From the NCBI GenBank assembly GCA_019750255.1, contig JAIEOU010000001.1, positions 36,006 to 100,005 of the forward strand: 64,000 nucleotides of DNA, given 5' to 3'. Shown piece by piece: positions 18,984 through 27,320 of this stretch. A program made the position numbers and the translations under genes. The notes below the pieces were generated by a model. The model searched no databases and had not been told where the DNA came from. It saw nothing but the letters and a program-made list of their open reading frames with translations. Numbering within the stretch: position 1 is the stretch's first letter; every line of letters begins with the position of its first letter. Source of the DNA: Patescibacteria group bacterium (GTDB taxonomy: Bacteria > Patescibacteriota > Minisyncoccia > Phycocordibacterales > UBA918).

Positions 18984-20009
18984 CTATTGCAGAAGCTTGC
19001 CGACAGCTCGTACGTGTTCAATCAGAGTTTGGGTGTAGCTTGTCTCGTTGTCGTACCAAGCAAGCACCTTCACGAGATTTCCATCAATGACCTTAGTAAA
19101 CGCCAAGTCAGCGATGGAGCCGACACGAGCACCTATAATGTCGCTCGACACCAAATCCTCATCAGTTACGGCAAACAAATGCTCCCAACGCGGCTCCTTA
19201 GCGGCATCAGCTAAAATCTTATTTACCTCTTCTACACTTGTATTCCGTGAAGCGATAAACGTAACGTCAACTATTGAACCAACCGGTACTGGTACCCGTA
19301 GCGAAATACCATCGAACTTACCTTTTAGCTCTGGGTGCGCAAGTGCTGTAGCAATTGCTGCTCCCGTGGATGACGGCACTATATTCAATGCGGCCGCTCT
19401 CCCCTCTCGCAAGTCTTTTTTACTTGGTCCGTCAACGAGTGCTTGTGATGCGGTATACGCATGAACCGTCGAGAGCACTGCTTTTTCAATCCCAATTGCT
19501 TCTTTAAGAATACCCACTAGCGGACTCGCCGCATTGGTTGTACACGATGCGTTCGAAGAAATTTGGCACGACTTAAGGTCGTCTTCATTGACACCCATAA
19601 GCACTGTTGCTCCGGCGACACCGGCCTCCTTTGAGTCGTCTTTGGCCGGTGCTGAAATAACTACCCGCTTAGCTCCACCATCAAGGTGCTGTTTTGCGCC
19701 GCTGTAACTAGTGAAAAAACCAGTCGATTCGACCACAACATCAACCCCGAGTTGACCCCAGGGAATTTTAGCTGGTTCCTTTTCTTGCAAGAAAGATACC
19801 TCTTTACCTGCCACCATGAGCTTCCCATCCCGTGCCTCGACATCAAACTGACTCCGACCATACGCCGAATCATACTTGAGAAGGTAGGCGAGATTTTCTA
19901 CGTGGCCTAAATCGTTTACCGCCACAACCTCAAAATCAGGATTACCGTAGGCAAGACGAAAAAAAGTTCTTCCGATACGACCAAATCCGTTGATGCCAAC
20001 TTTTATCAT
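18984..20009 (-). CDS. gap: glyceraldehyde-3-phosphate dehydrogenase (type I)
   Basis: 341 aa with the MIKVGINGFGRIGR Rossmann start and a catalytic SNASCTTN motif. Confidence 0.92.
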   Translation of the reverse strand: MIKVGINGFGRIGRTFFRLAYGNPDFEVVAVNDLGHVENLAYLLKYDSAYGRSQFDVEARDGKLMVAGKEVSFLQEKEPAKIPWGQLGVDVVVESTGFFTSYSGAKQHLDGGAKRVVISAPAKDDSKEAGVAGATVLMGVNEDDLKSCQISSNASCTTNAASPLVGILKEAIGIEKAVLSTVHAYTASQALVDGPSKKDLREGRAAALNIVPSSTGAAIATALAHPELKGKFDGISLRVPVPVGSIVDVTFIASRNTSVEEVNKILADAAKEPRWEHLFAVTDEDLVSSDIIGARVGSIADLAFTKVIDGNLVKVLAWYDNETSYTQTLIEHVRAVGKLLQ

Positions 20010-20027
20010 AAATATATGTACTGCTTA

Positions 20028-21527
20028 CTAACGACTGTCGTCAGTATAACGAGATTTAGCAGGAAGCGCACGACTGTTATCCTCACGCTTCCTGCGAAGA
20101 CGCCGCCACATAAATAGCAGAAAAAGGAACCAGAGAAGACTGACTGCTCCAGGCAGAAAGGGAAAGAGCCACATAGTACGTAATAACGCATCCGGAAATA
20201 CCACTTCTTGTGGAGCTTCTCTATCTCCAATAAAGATTACCTGCTTTCCGTAGCGCCCAACTACCCTGGTCTCGTAGTCGTACACCTCAATAAGTAGTTG
20301 TGATATCCCTTCCGCAGCGAGCGGGGCCAAAGTCGTTTCGTAGGCAGTGCCGGCAGCATTTAATCGAAGAAGAAATGTGTAGCTTTTTGTGTAGTCGGTG
20401 GGGTCAAGCAGCGACACTATAATCGACTTCAAGTGGCGAGGTAATGCTTCAACCGGAATGAGCAGTGAAAACGGTGCGACTGCCGATAGTTCTATCAAAG
20501 GATCAGCAAAGGTATTCATATACTCCCCCTGTAGTATTTGGATAGAAGAGCGTTTCAGGGTAGTAAGGACAACATCTGGTGGTAGTACCGGTACGGTCGT
20601 CTCGGGAATGGGTGCTACCTCAGTGACTCCTACCCCCTCGCCCGCCCGCACCACCCGCACTACCGCGCCCGATGAAACACCGCCATCAACATCGAGCACG
20701 TAGACCGTATAGAATTGGAATCCGTAGGCCGCAAGTGCATTCTGGTCAAGCACGGATTCGCCATCACCTTGATATACCACCATACCGTCGTGTGGATCAG
20801 CCGGAAAGCCAAGGTGATTACGTACGATTCGCACTTGATGGGGTGTAGTTTGTAGAGGATTGTCCCACCGTAACCGCACGTCATGTCCTATCGCAACTGC
20901 TGTTAGTCGAGAGACGTTTTGCGGCATAGCCTGACTAACGGGACTTTTGGTCGTGAACGTTCCGCGGCCTAATACCTGTTCAATATCATTGGCTGGGTTT
21001 ATGCCGACGAGTTCGTACTGGTACACAGTACCCGGTATAAGGTCGGTAAGTTCGGTATTATGTACCTCACGGTACCGCTCCGTGGCAATAAATCCTGATT
21101 CGTAGGAGGAGGTCTTACCCCAACGCAAAACAAACCGTGATGGTCGATTTGTGGTCCACGTAACAATCACTGAGGTTACATCTGGCGTAATCAAGACCGG
21201 ACCTCGAAGGGACAGTCGCCCTGAAGCAGTAGTACCGGAACTTGTGGCAGCTGGCGTGGGCGGTGGTGCGACAGGTGGAGCAAGAGTGGTCGTCGCGAGA
21301 CTGTTTGATGATGAAGAGAATGCGAATAGCCAGTCGAATGCCTGCACAAAATACGTATAAGTAGTTGAAGCAACAAGCCCAGTGTCGGAAAAACTGGTAA
21401 GGGTCGTAGTCGCAATCGGAGACCCGTCACGATAGATCGTTGGTAGCGGTGAGACCATTGAAGGTTGAGGTACCACTGAAGGCTGGGGCGATAGCAAAGA
21501 CAGCGGCGCCGGCGCCGGTTTCGTCAT
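20028..21527 (-). CDS. surface protein fragment with FN3-like domains and a C-terminal TM anchor
   Basis: FN3-like motifs (STTYTYFVQAFD; VTWTTNRPSRFVLRW...GTVYQYELVG), a C-terminal hydrophobic helix and a basic tail are present, but no signal peptide. It overlaps the upstream ORF by 100 nt. Confidence 0.55.
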   Translation of the reverse strand: MTKPAPAPLSLLSPQPSVVPQPSMVSPLPTIYRDGSPIATTTLTSFSDTGLVASTTYTYFVQAFDWLFAFSSSSNSLATTTLAPPVAPPPTPAATSSGTTASGRLSLRGPVLITPDVTSVIVTWTTNRPSRFVLRWGKTSSYESGFIATERYREVHNTELTDLIPGTVYQYELVGINPANDIEQVLGRGTFTTKSPVSQAMPQNVSRLTAVAIGHDVRLRWDNPLQTTPHQVRIVRNHLGFPADPHDGMVVYQGDGESVLDQNALAAYGFQFYTVYVLDVDGGVSSGAVVRVVRAGEGVGVTEVAPIPETTVPVLPPDVVLTTLKRSSIQILQGEYMNTFADPLIELSAVAPFSLLIPVEALPRHLKSIIVSLLDPTDYTKSYTFLLRLNAAGTAYETTLAPLAAEGISQLLIEVYDYETRVVGRYGKQVIFIGDREAPQEVVFPDALLRTMWLFPFLPGAVSLLWFLFLLFMWRRLRRKREDNSRALPAKSRYTDDSR

Positions 21528-22404
21528 TAAGGAGAGCGGCGAGTTGGGAGGAGTTTGAGAAAGAAGACGCGAAGCCTAGTGACGACGTCGCTACCCAACG
21601 GGTGGTAGTACCGGTAGTTTGGAGCACCATACCCAAAGTACCACTGGCGTTACTCCCATCGTAAATCGCACCCGTAACTCGGGCGTCTCCGACGACGGTA
21701 AATTCTTGTGACGGAGTTGAAGTACCCACCCCTACATTACCATTTGAACCAATTGTGAATACTTCAGTGACACCCGAGAAAAAGCGAGCAATGGCGCCAG
21801 CACCATTTTGGATGACCGAAAGAATCGTGTTGCTGCTGGTTGCCTGCATAGTGTCAGCCACATCACTGCGTAGGAGCGATGATGATGAGAGTCCGTCCAG
21901 GCGTCGCGCCTCAAAGGCAGCTGGAACCGTACCCATGATTTTTCGAGGGGACATTTCACCATCCCAGACCGGTGAGGTGGTTGTACCACCCACCTCAACC
22001 GCTAGGTATAAGACCTGGTTAAAGTCGACACTGGTAAGTGGTGTCGAAGACCCAAGCATCACGGAAAAGAGACCGTTTGTCACCTGCACCCGCGCACCAC
22101 CCGTGAGAGACTCACTCCATACAGCGGAGGTAGTAGCAATACTCGGCGAAGTCACAAGCCAAAACCGAAGATTGTACGTTCCGTTAGGAACCGCAACCCC
22201 AGCGCTGTTTGTAAGCTTGGCCTGGTAATTAATAGTAGGCGAAGGCGCTGCGGTGGCCGGAGTAATAAACAAAGACCCCACGAGGAGACTCAAGGTACAC
22301 AGTAGCAACCACGTGAGAGAGAGAGTATTTTTTTCATACTCATGGGGTTGCGCTTGGCATAGGGGTGCGGTTTTCAAACCGTACGACTTCGGCTGCTGCC
22401 GCAA
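21427..22404 (-). CDS. secreted repeat protein (tail-fibre-like GNVGVGT repeats)
   Basis: A signal-peptide-like LSLTWLLLCTLSLLVGSLFITPATA is present, along with repeats such as GSNGNVGVGTSTPSQEFTVVGDARV. There is no anchor. This ORF is probably contiguous with 20028..21527. Confidence 0.55.
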   Translation of the reverse strand: MRQQPKSYGLKTAPLCQAQPHEYEKNTLSLTWLLLCTLSLLVGSLFITPATAAPSPTINYQAKLTNSAGVAVPNGTYNLRFWLVTSPSIATTSAVWSESLTGGARVQVTNGLFSVMLGSSTPLTSVDFNQVLYLAVEVGGTTTSPVWDGEMSPRKIMGTVPAAFEARRLDGLSSSSLLRSDVADTMQATSSNTILSVIQNGAGAIARFFSGVTEVFTIGSNGNVGVGTSTPSQEFTVVGDARVTGAIYDGSNASGTLGMVLQTTGTTTRWVATSSLGFASSFSNSSQLAALLNDETGAGAAVFAIAPAFSGTSTFNGLTATNDLS

Positions 22405-23122
22405 CCGGCACCGTCACAAAGGACAGGCTCGTGCTGCCCAATTGCGTAGTACTATCGAGAGATACCGTTCCCACACCAGGCGCGGTGTAAGCGACCGTTA
22501 CTGGGTCAGAAAATAATTCTGCTACTACTACCGGATCCTCTGGTGATCCGGCTGGCAGCACCAGCACCCCCGCCGCACCCTCACTAAAACGTCGCGCTTC
22601 GTGCGTGTCCTCAAAAACGGGCCGCTCAATGACGATAGATGATAGCGGTAACTCGTGCTGGACCTCAGGACTTGCGACCATTACGGTGTTTACCGAGAGC
22701 GAAGACTGGGCCTTTTGCAGGGCTACTGTTTGCGAAAAAAGGTCTGGCGCCACCGTAAAGGCATAGCCGGCAACCACGCCACACACGACCACAGTGACAG
22801 CCCTCAATACTCCTTGACGCGCACTGTACCGCGGATGCGAGGCGACAATATCAAAACGGTTTTTTATTGCGGTCTTCACCTCACGTTCACGACGACGCTC
22901 TCGACTGAGGTGCCGGTTTCTGACTTCAGCTTCAAGCTCGGTTGTTTCGATAAACCGAGCGAGCGAGGAGTTGTCTATAAACCACTGTCGCCCGACCAGG
23001 GCGCCGACAATCTGCCCGTCGCGCGCCAGCTTGGCAATGTAGTCACGAGTGTACTTCGTACCCACCGCAACGTCTTTGATGGGAAGAAGTTTTTTCCCGT
23101 TAATTGTTAGTGCCTCACTCAT
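22340..23122 (-). CDS. membrane-anchored protein with an N-terminal excisionase/MerR-type HTH (HTH_17-like) domain
   Basis: 260 aa. The N-terminal LPIKDVAVGTKYTRDYIAKLARDGQIVGALVGRQWFI matches the HTH_17 pattern (...GRxWxI). It is followed by one TM helix and an extracytoplasmic domain. Confidence 0.55.
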   Translation of the reverse strand: MSEALTINGKKLLPIKDVAVGTKYTRDYIAKLARDGQIVGALVGRQWFIDNSSLARFIETTELEAEVRNRHLSRERRREREVKTAIKNRFDIVASHPRYSARQGVLRAVTVVVCGVVAGYAFTVAPDLFSQTVALQKAQSSLSVNTVMVASPEVQHELPLSSIVIERPVFEDTHEARRFSEGAAGVLVLPAGSPEDPVVVAELFSDPVTVAYTAPGVGTVSLDSTTQLGSTSLSFVTVPVAAAAEVVRFENRTPMPSATP

Positions 23123-23192
23123 GGCGATATGGCTTTAATTATAAAGCTATATCGCCCAAAAAACGTGTCTTAACTGTTAATAAGTTTTGCGT

Positions 23193-24221
23193 TTATTTAG
23201 GGGCAAAAAAATCGTGTACCGCCGCTGCATTGAACTGCCAGGATACCAGCTCTTCGCCCGATGACCCTATGCTCGTCACACTCTCAAGGACCAAGAGAGC
23301 ACTCGCGACCGCCACCGTCAAAACGATAACCGCTGGAGCAATGACCAAGCGAAAAAATAGCGAACTGGCCTTATCTTCTCTAGCGGGTGCCGGGGACGAT
23401 TGTTTGGTCGCCCCAAACGCCACACCTGACTGTCTTTGCGGAATTGCAATAACCGGCTTATGTACTCTCGCGGGCGTATCTGTCTTAATTTTCTTTACCG
23501 CCACCGGATAGGTGGCGTTACGAGGAATTGGTGTGTGCTTTACCACGCCTGATTTCAAGGCCTTCTCAAAGTGCGGGGCCGTCACAGCGTGTCGGTCATC
23601 CACCAGAGCTGGGTGAACAGTAGCATCGGTGCGTTCGATATAGGTAGATTTTTGAATCTTTTTATCATCAACCACAGCATCACTCACCTGGTCAAAAGTG
23701 GGCGCATAATCCAGCACCTTCAGCGTCCCCGCCAGGGCCACTGCGGGCATTGGTTGACTAATCATGGTTACGTTCTTGGACCGACTTGCAACCTGAACCC
23801 GTTCACTTTCAGCAAGCTCAATCCTCATTTTTTGAATCGGAGGGTTCTCTTTCGATATACCAGGCAATAAGTCCGAACTATCCTCCTGATACTTAGGCTT
23901 TTTCCAAAAAACTCTATCTTGGAAATGTGGAGTCTGTGACTTAAGCGTATTCTTGGCTAGAGGCGAATTTACGGTTCTACGAGATGATGTTATTTCATTC
24001 GTTTCTTTCTCAGTCTTCTCGGCTGAACGAAGCTCAGCATAGCGCGTAGACTTGTGGCCATCGAGTGAAGCTGGAAAGACGTACCAGGTTCGCCCAACAA
24101 GGTGAGCGTCAACTTTTCGTGCCCGACACAACTGGCCGATATAATCGGTGGTATAGTTGTGCCGTTTAGCGAGCACACTAGCTTTCACGTATTCTACTTC
24201 GTCAATAGTAACGGTTTCCAT
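23193..24221 (-). CDS. membrane-anchored HTH_17-like protein, a paralog of 22340..23122
   Basis: 342 aa. The N-terminal YVKASVLAKRHNYTTDYIGQLCRARKVDAHLVGRTWYVF aligns with the N-terminus of its neighbour. A single TM helix lies near the C-terminus. Confidence 0.55.
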   Translation of the reverse strand: METVTIDEVEYVKASVLAKRHNYTTDYIGQLCRARKVDAHLVGRTWYVFPASLDGHKSTRYAELRSAEKTEKETNEITSSRRTVNSPLAKNTLKSQTPHFQDRVFWKKPKYQEDSSDLLPGISKENPPIQKMRIELAESERVQVASRSKNVTMISQPMPAVALAGTLKVLDYAPTFDQVSDAVVDDKKIQKSTYIERTDATVHPALVDDRHAVTAPHFEKALKSGVVKHTPIPRNATYPVAVKKIKTDTPARVHKPVIAIPQRQSGVAFGATKQSSPAPAREDKASSLFFRLVIAPAVIVLTVAVASALLVLESVTSIGSSGEELVSWQFNAAAVHDFFAPK

Positions 24222-24290
24222 TACAGAAAGTATACCAGGTTTGAGCGCCCTGGCTTAGCCTCCGTGTGAATAGAAATATGATCTTCTCGT

Positions 24291-25709
24291 TTACTTGAGA
24301 TACTCAATAAGGAGCTGCTTCAATATCTCGGGATCAGCACTCCCACGACTCTGCTTCATAGCCTGTCCGAGGAGGAATTGTAGTGCAGTTACCTTACCAC
24401 CCTTATACTCGTCCGCGACCGCACTAAACTCAGTCACCACCGCCGCTACTAGGCTCATAAGCGCACTAGTATCAACACTACGCAACAGCCCACGCTCGGT
24501 TGCTACGGTTCTTGGATGCTCGTTGGAGACAGCGATCTCAGTCAAAATATCCTTAGCGACCCGTGAAGTGATATCACCAGCATGAATCATCTGCATAAGC
24601 TCAAGAAAATGCTCTGGAGTCAGCGTAAGCTCAACACCTTTACTTATAATTGAGAGTAAATCAGAGGTTAGATAATTTGCCGCCAAAACCACTACTTCGT
24701 TAGGAAGCTTGGCGGCCAGCGCACGCTTACACACAGAACTAAAGTAAGTATCCGAGAATTCATCCGCAACGATTTGATTTGATGTATTTATCGTCAAACC
24801 AAGATTACTATATTTTTTGCGCTTATCTTCAGGTAATTCTATTATTATATCGTTTAGCCGAGAAAACGCTATATGCTTGGATATATCCATCTTTGGGATG
24901 TCCGGGTCAGGAAAATAGCGGTAGTCCTTGGCTGTCTCTTTGGATCGCTGAGTAAAGGTGCGGAGCTTAACCTCGTCCCAGCCCCGAGTTTCTTGGGACA
25001 CACTTCCCCCACTCTTAAGTACGTCAACTTGTCGGTCAATCTCAAACGCGATGGCGCCTTCAACCGACTTAAAGGAGTTTAGATTTTTAACCTCCACTTT
25101 TGTGCCAAGGACCCCTTCGGTGTCACTTACAGAAATGTTTGCCTCGACACGCATCTCACCCCGCTCCATCTGGGCTTTTGCCACCCCGAGGGTGCGGAGC
25201 ACTAGTTGAAGCTCCCGGGCAAAATCTCCAGCGGTCACCGCATCATGAATAACCGGTTCGGTAACCAGTTCCATGAGTGGTACCCCAGCTCGGTTAAAAT
25301 CAACCAGACTAAAATCTCCCTTATCGTGCTGACTGCGGGCTGTGTCTTCTTCAAGATGCACTCGAGTGAGGGTAACACCTTTCAGTGATCCTCCGGTTAG
25401 AAACGGAAAGGCGTACTGACTGAGCTGGTAGGCCTTTGGGATGTCCGGGTAAAAATAATTTTTACGATCAAACTCTGAATAGGTTGCGGGCGTAGCACCG
25501 ACCGCTGCACCAAACGTTAGCACTGCCGCAATGGCTGCTTCGTTAGGAACCGGTAAACTTCCGGGATGAGCGAGACAAACCGGACACACGTGGGTGTTCG
25601 GTTCGCTCTCGTGCGGATCATTTTTGCATCCACAAAACATTTTACTCTTAGTGGCGAGCTCAACATGAACTTCAAGACCGATCGTGGCTTGGTACACTTT
25701 TTCTGACAT
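24291..25709 (-). CDS. gatB: Asp-tRNA(Asn)/Glu-tRNA(Gln) amidotransferase subunit B
   Basis: 472 aa with MSEKVYQATIGLEVHVELATKSKMFCGCKN typical of GatB. Confidence 0.9.
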   Translation of the reverse strand: MSEKVYQATIGLEVHVELATKSKMFCGCKNDPHESEPNTHVCPVCLAHPGSLPVPNEAAIAAVLTFGAAVGATPATYSEFDRKNYFYPDIPKAYQLSQYAFPFLTGGSLKGVTLTRVHLEEDTARSQHDKGDFSLVDFNRAGVPLMELVTEPVIHDAVTAGDFARELQLVLRTLGVAKAQMERGEMRVEANISVSDTEGVLGTKVEVKNLNSFKSVEGAIAFEIDRQVDVLKSGGSVSQETRGWDEVKLRTFTQRSKETAKDYRYFPDPDIPKMDISKHIAFSRLNDIIIELPEDKRKKYSNLGLTINTSNQIVADEFSDTYFSSVCKRALAAKLPNEVVVLAANYLTSDLLSIISKGVELTLTPEHFLELMQMIHAGDITSRVAKDILTEIAVSNEHPRTVATERGLLRSVDTSALMSLVAAVVTEFSAVADEYKGGKVTALQFLLGQAMKQSRGSADPEILKQLLIEYLK

Positions 25710-25714
25710 ACAAT

Positions 25715-26695
25715 TTATGCCTTATTGTACGGTTCTCGCAGGTGTGCGACAAGCGCATCGCTGAATTCTTTAACTCCTTCACCAGTTATTGCAGACACAA
25801 CAAACACACGTTTCCCAATTATGTCAATACTTGCAAGAACTCCTTCAATAAAATCTTTATTTACAAGGTCCATTTTGTTAAAAATAATCCATTCTTCTTT
25901 CTCAGTAAGCGAAGCATCGTACGATGAAAGCTCCTTACGAATGGTGTAATAGTCACTTTTTGGATCAGCACTATCAAGTGAAATCACGTGGAGGAGCATT
26001 TTAGTACGGGCGATGTGCCGGAGGAAGCTATGTCCAAGACCCTTCCCAGCGGCTGCTCCTTCAATAAGACCGGGAATGTCTGCAAGCACATACCCGTAGA
26101 GTTCCCCAAGCTGAGGTGATTTTGTCGTAAAGGCGTAGGCACCAACTTTAGATTGAGCATTCGTGAGTGCGTTGATGAGCGATGATTTCCCGGCATTCGG
26201 AAAACCTACCATGCCAGCATCAACAACAAGCGAGAGCTCAATGTGGAGCAGACCACGCTCTCCCTCTTTTCCCTTAGTTGCTTTCTCGGGCGAGCGGTTA
26301 ACGGATGACTTGAAATACTCGTTACCAAGTCCCCCAGCGCCTCCTTTATAAATGCGTACTGTTTCGCCTTCTGTGAGCACCTCAAACACCCGTCCTTTTT
26401 CGCGATCGCGCACACTCGTGCCAATCGGTACGTCAATATACAGGTCATCTCCACCCTTCCCGGTTTTACTCCCATTATGACCAGCTTCGCCTGAGGCGGC
26501 AGCAAACTTCTTCTCACCCGTGTAGCGACCGAGCACAGAAATATCCCGAACGGCGCGGACATACACGTCGCCCCCCTTACCACCATCTCCACCCGCAGGA
26601 CCAGCCATGGGTTTGTATTTGTCATGACGCCACCGGACTACTCCATCTCCCCCATTACCGGCTGCCACTTGAAGGGTAATTTCATCAATAAACAT
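25715..26695 (-). CDS. obg: GTPase Obg/CgtA
   Basis: 326 aa with a Gly-rich Obg fold N-terminus (GGDGGKGGDVY) and a G domain (GFPNAGKSSL, DIPGLIEGA, NKMD). Confidence 0.9.
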   Translation of the reverse strand: MFIDEITLQVAAGNGGDGVVRWRHDKYKPMAGPAGGDGGKGGDVYVRAVRDISVLGRYTGEKKFAAASGEAGHNGSKTGKGGDDLYIDVPIGTSVRDREKGRVFEVLTEGETVRIYKGGAGGLGNEYFKSSVNRSPEKATKGKEGERGLLHIELSLVVDAGMVGFPNAGKSSLINALTNAQSKVGAYAFTTKSPQLGELYGYVLADIPGLIEGAAAGKGLGHSFLRHIARTKMLLHVISLDSADPKSDYYTIRKELSSYDASLTEKEEWIIFNKMDLVNKDFIEGVLASIDIIGKRVFVVSAITGEGVKEFSDALVAHLREPYNKA

Positions 26696-26918
26696 AGGCG
26701 CATTTGTACCACAGGTAGAGCAATAAGTACAGGGAGAAGTGAGTCTTTGTCTGCCCCTCTTGCTGCCTATGTATGAATGACACAGGGCGGCGAACCCCGC
26801 ACGATGATGGAGTACACTAAAAAGCGGGGTCCGCTCGCGGCCCGTTCGTACCTACAAAAAAGCTATCAACCCCACCTCATCCATCACTCTCATAGAGGTA
26901 CCCCTACTGAGCCGGAGG

Positions 26919-27287
26919 CTAAACAATACGATTGATGAAAAAACCAGCAACGGACATTCCAAAAGCCCCAAGCAGCGCCGGCACAAAACCAGCTACACTA
27001 AATTGAGGAACGAAATTGGCTGCTAGGGCGAAGAAGAAAGCATTCACTACCAGAAGAAAGAGCCCGAGGGTGAGGATGGTAAGCGGGAGAGTAAGGAGCA
27101 CGACAAGTGGCCGAACAAGAGCATTAAGGAGTCCTAGAACCAGCGCCGCAATTATCGCACCGAGGTAGCTTTCGACGTGGACCCCAGGTACAACCTCGGC
27201 AATCAAAAGCAGGGCTAAAGCCCCGAGGACAATTTTTACTATCAGTTTCATGACGGTAACTGTAACGAATAACGGACCCTTCGACAA
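26919..27287 (-). CDS. small 4-TM membrane protein of the YvlD / phage-holin-4-like family
   Basis: 122 aa that is very hydrophobic, with repeated GxxxA helices. It resembles PF04020-type proteins. The context is not a prophage. Confidence 0.6.
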   Translation of the reverse strand: MSKGPLFVTVTVMKLIVKIVLGALALLLIAEVVPGVHVESYLGAIIAALVLGLLNALVRPLVVLLTLPLTILTLGLFLLVVNAFFFALAANFVPQFSVAGFVPALLGAFGMSVAGFFINRIV

Positions 27288-27320
27288 GTTGTCTAGGGTC
27301 CGTTATTCGTTGTGATTACA

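Noticed and set aside
26919-27287. Prophage or lysis cassette suggested by the 'phage holin'-family membrane protein
   Set aside because: The YvlD/holin-4-like family is widespread outside phages. The flanking genes are obg and secA, and no endolysin, integrase, capsid or terminase genes are present.
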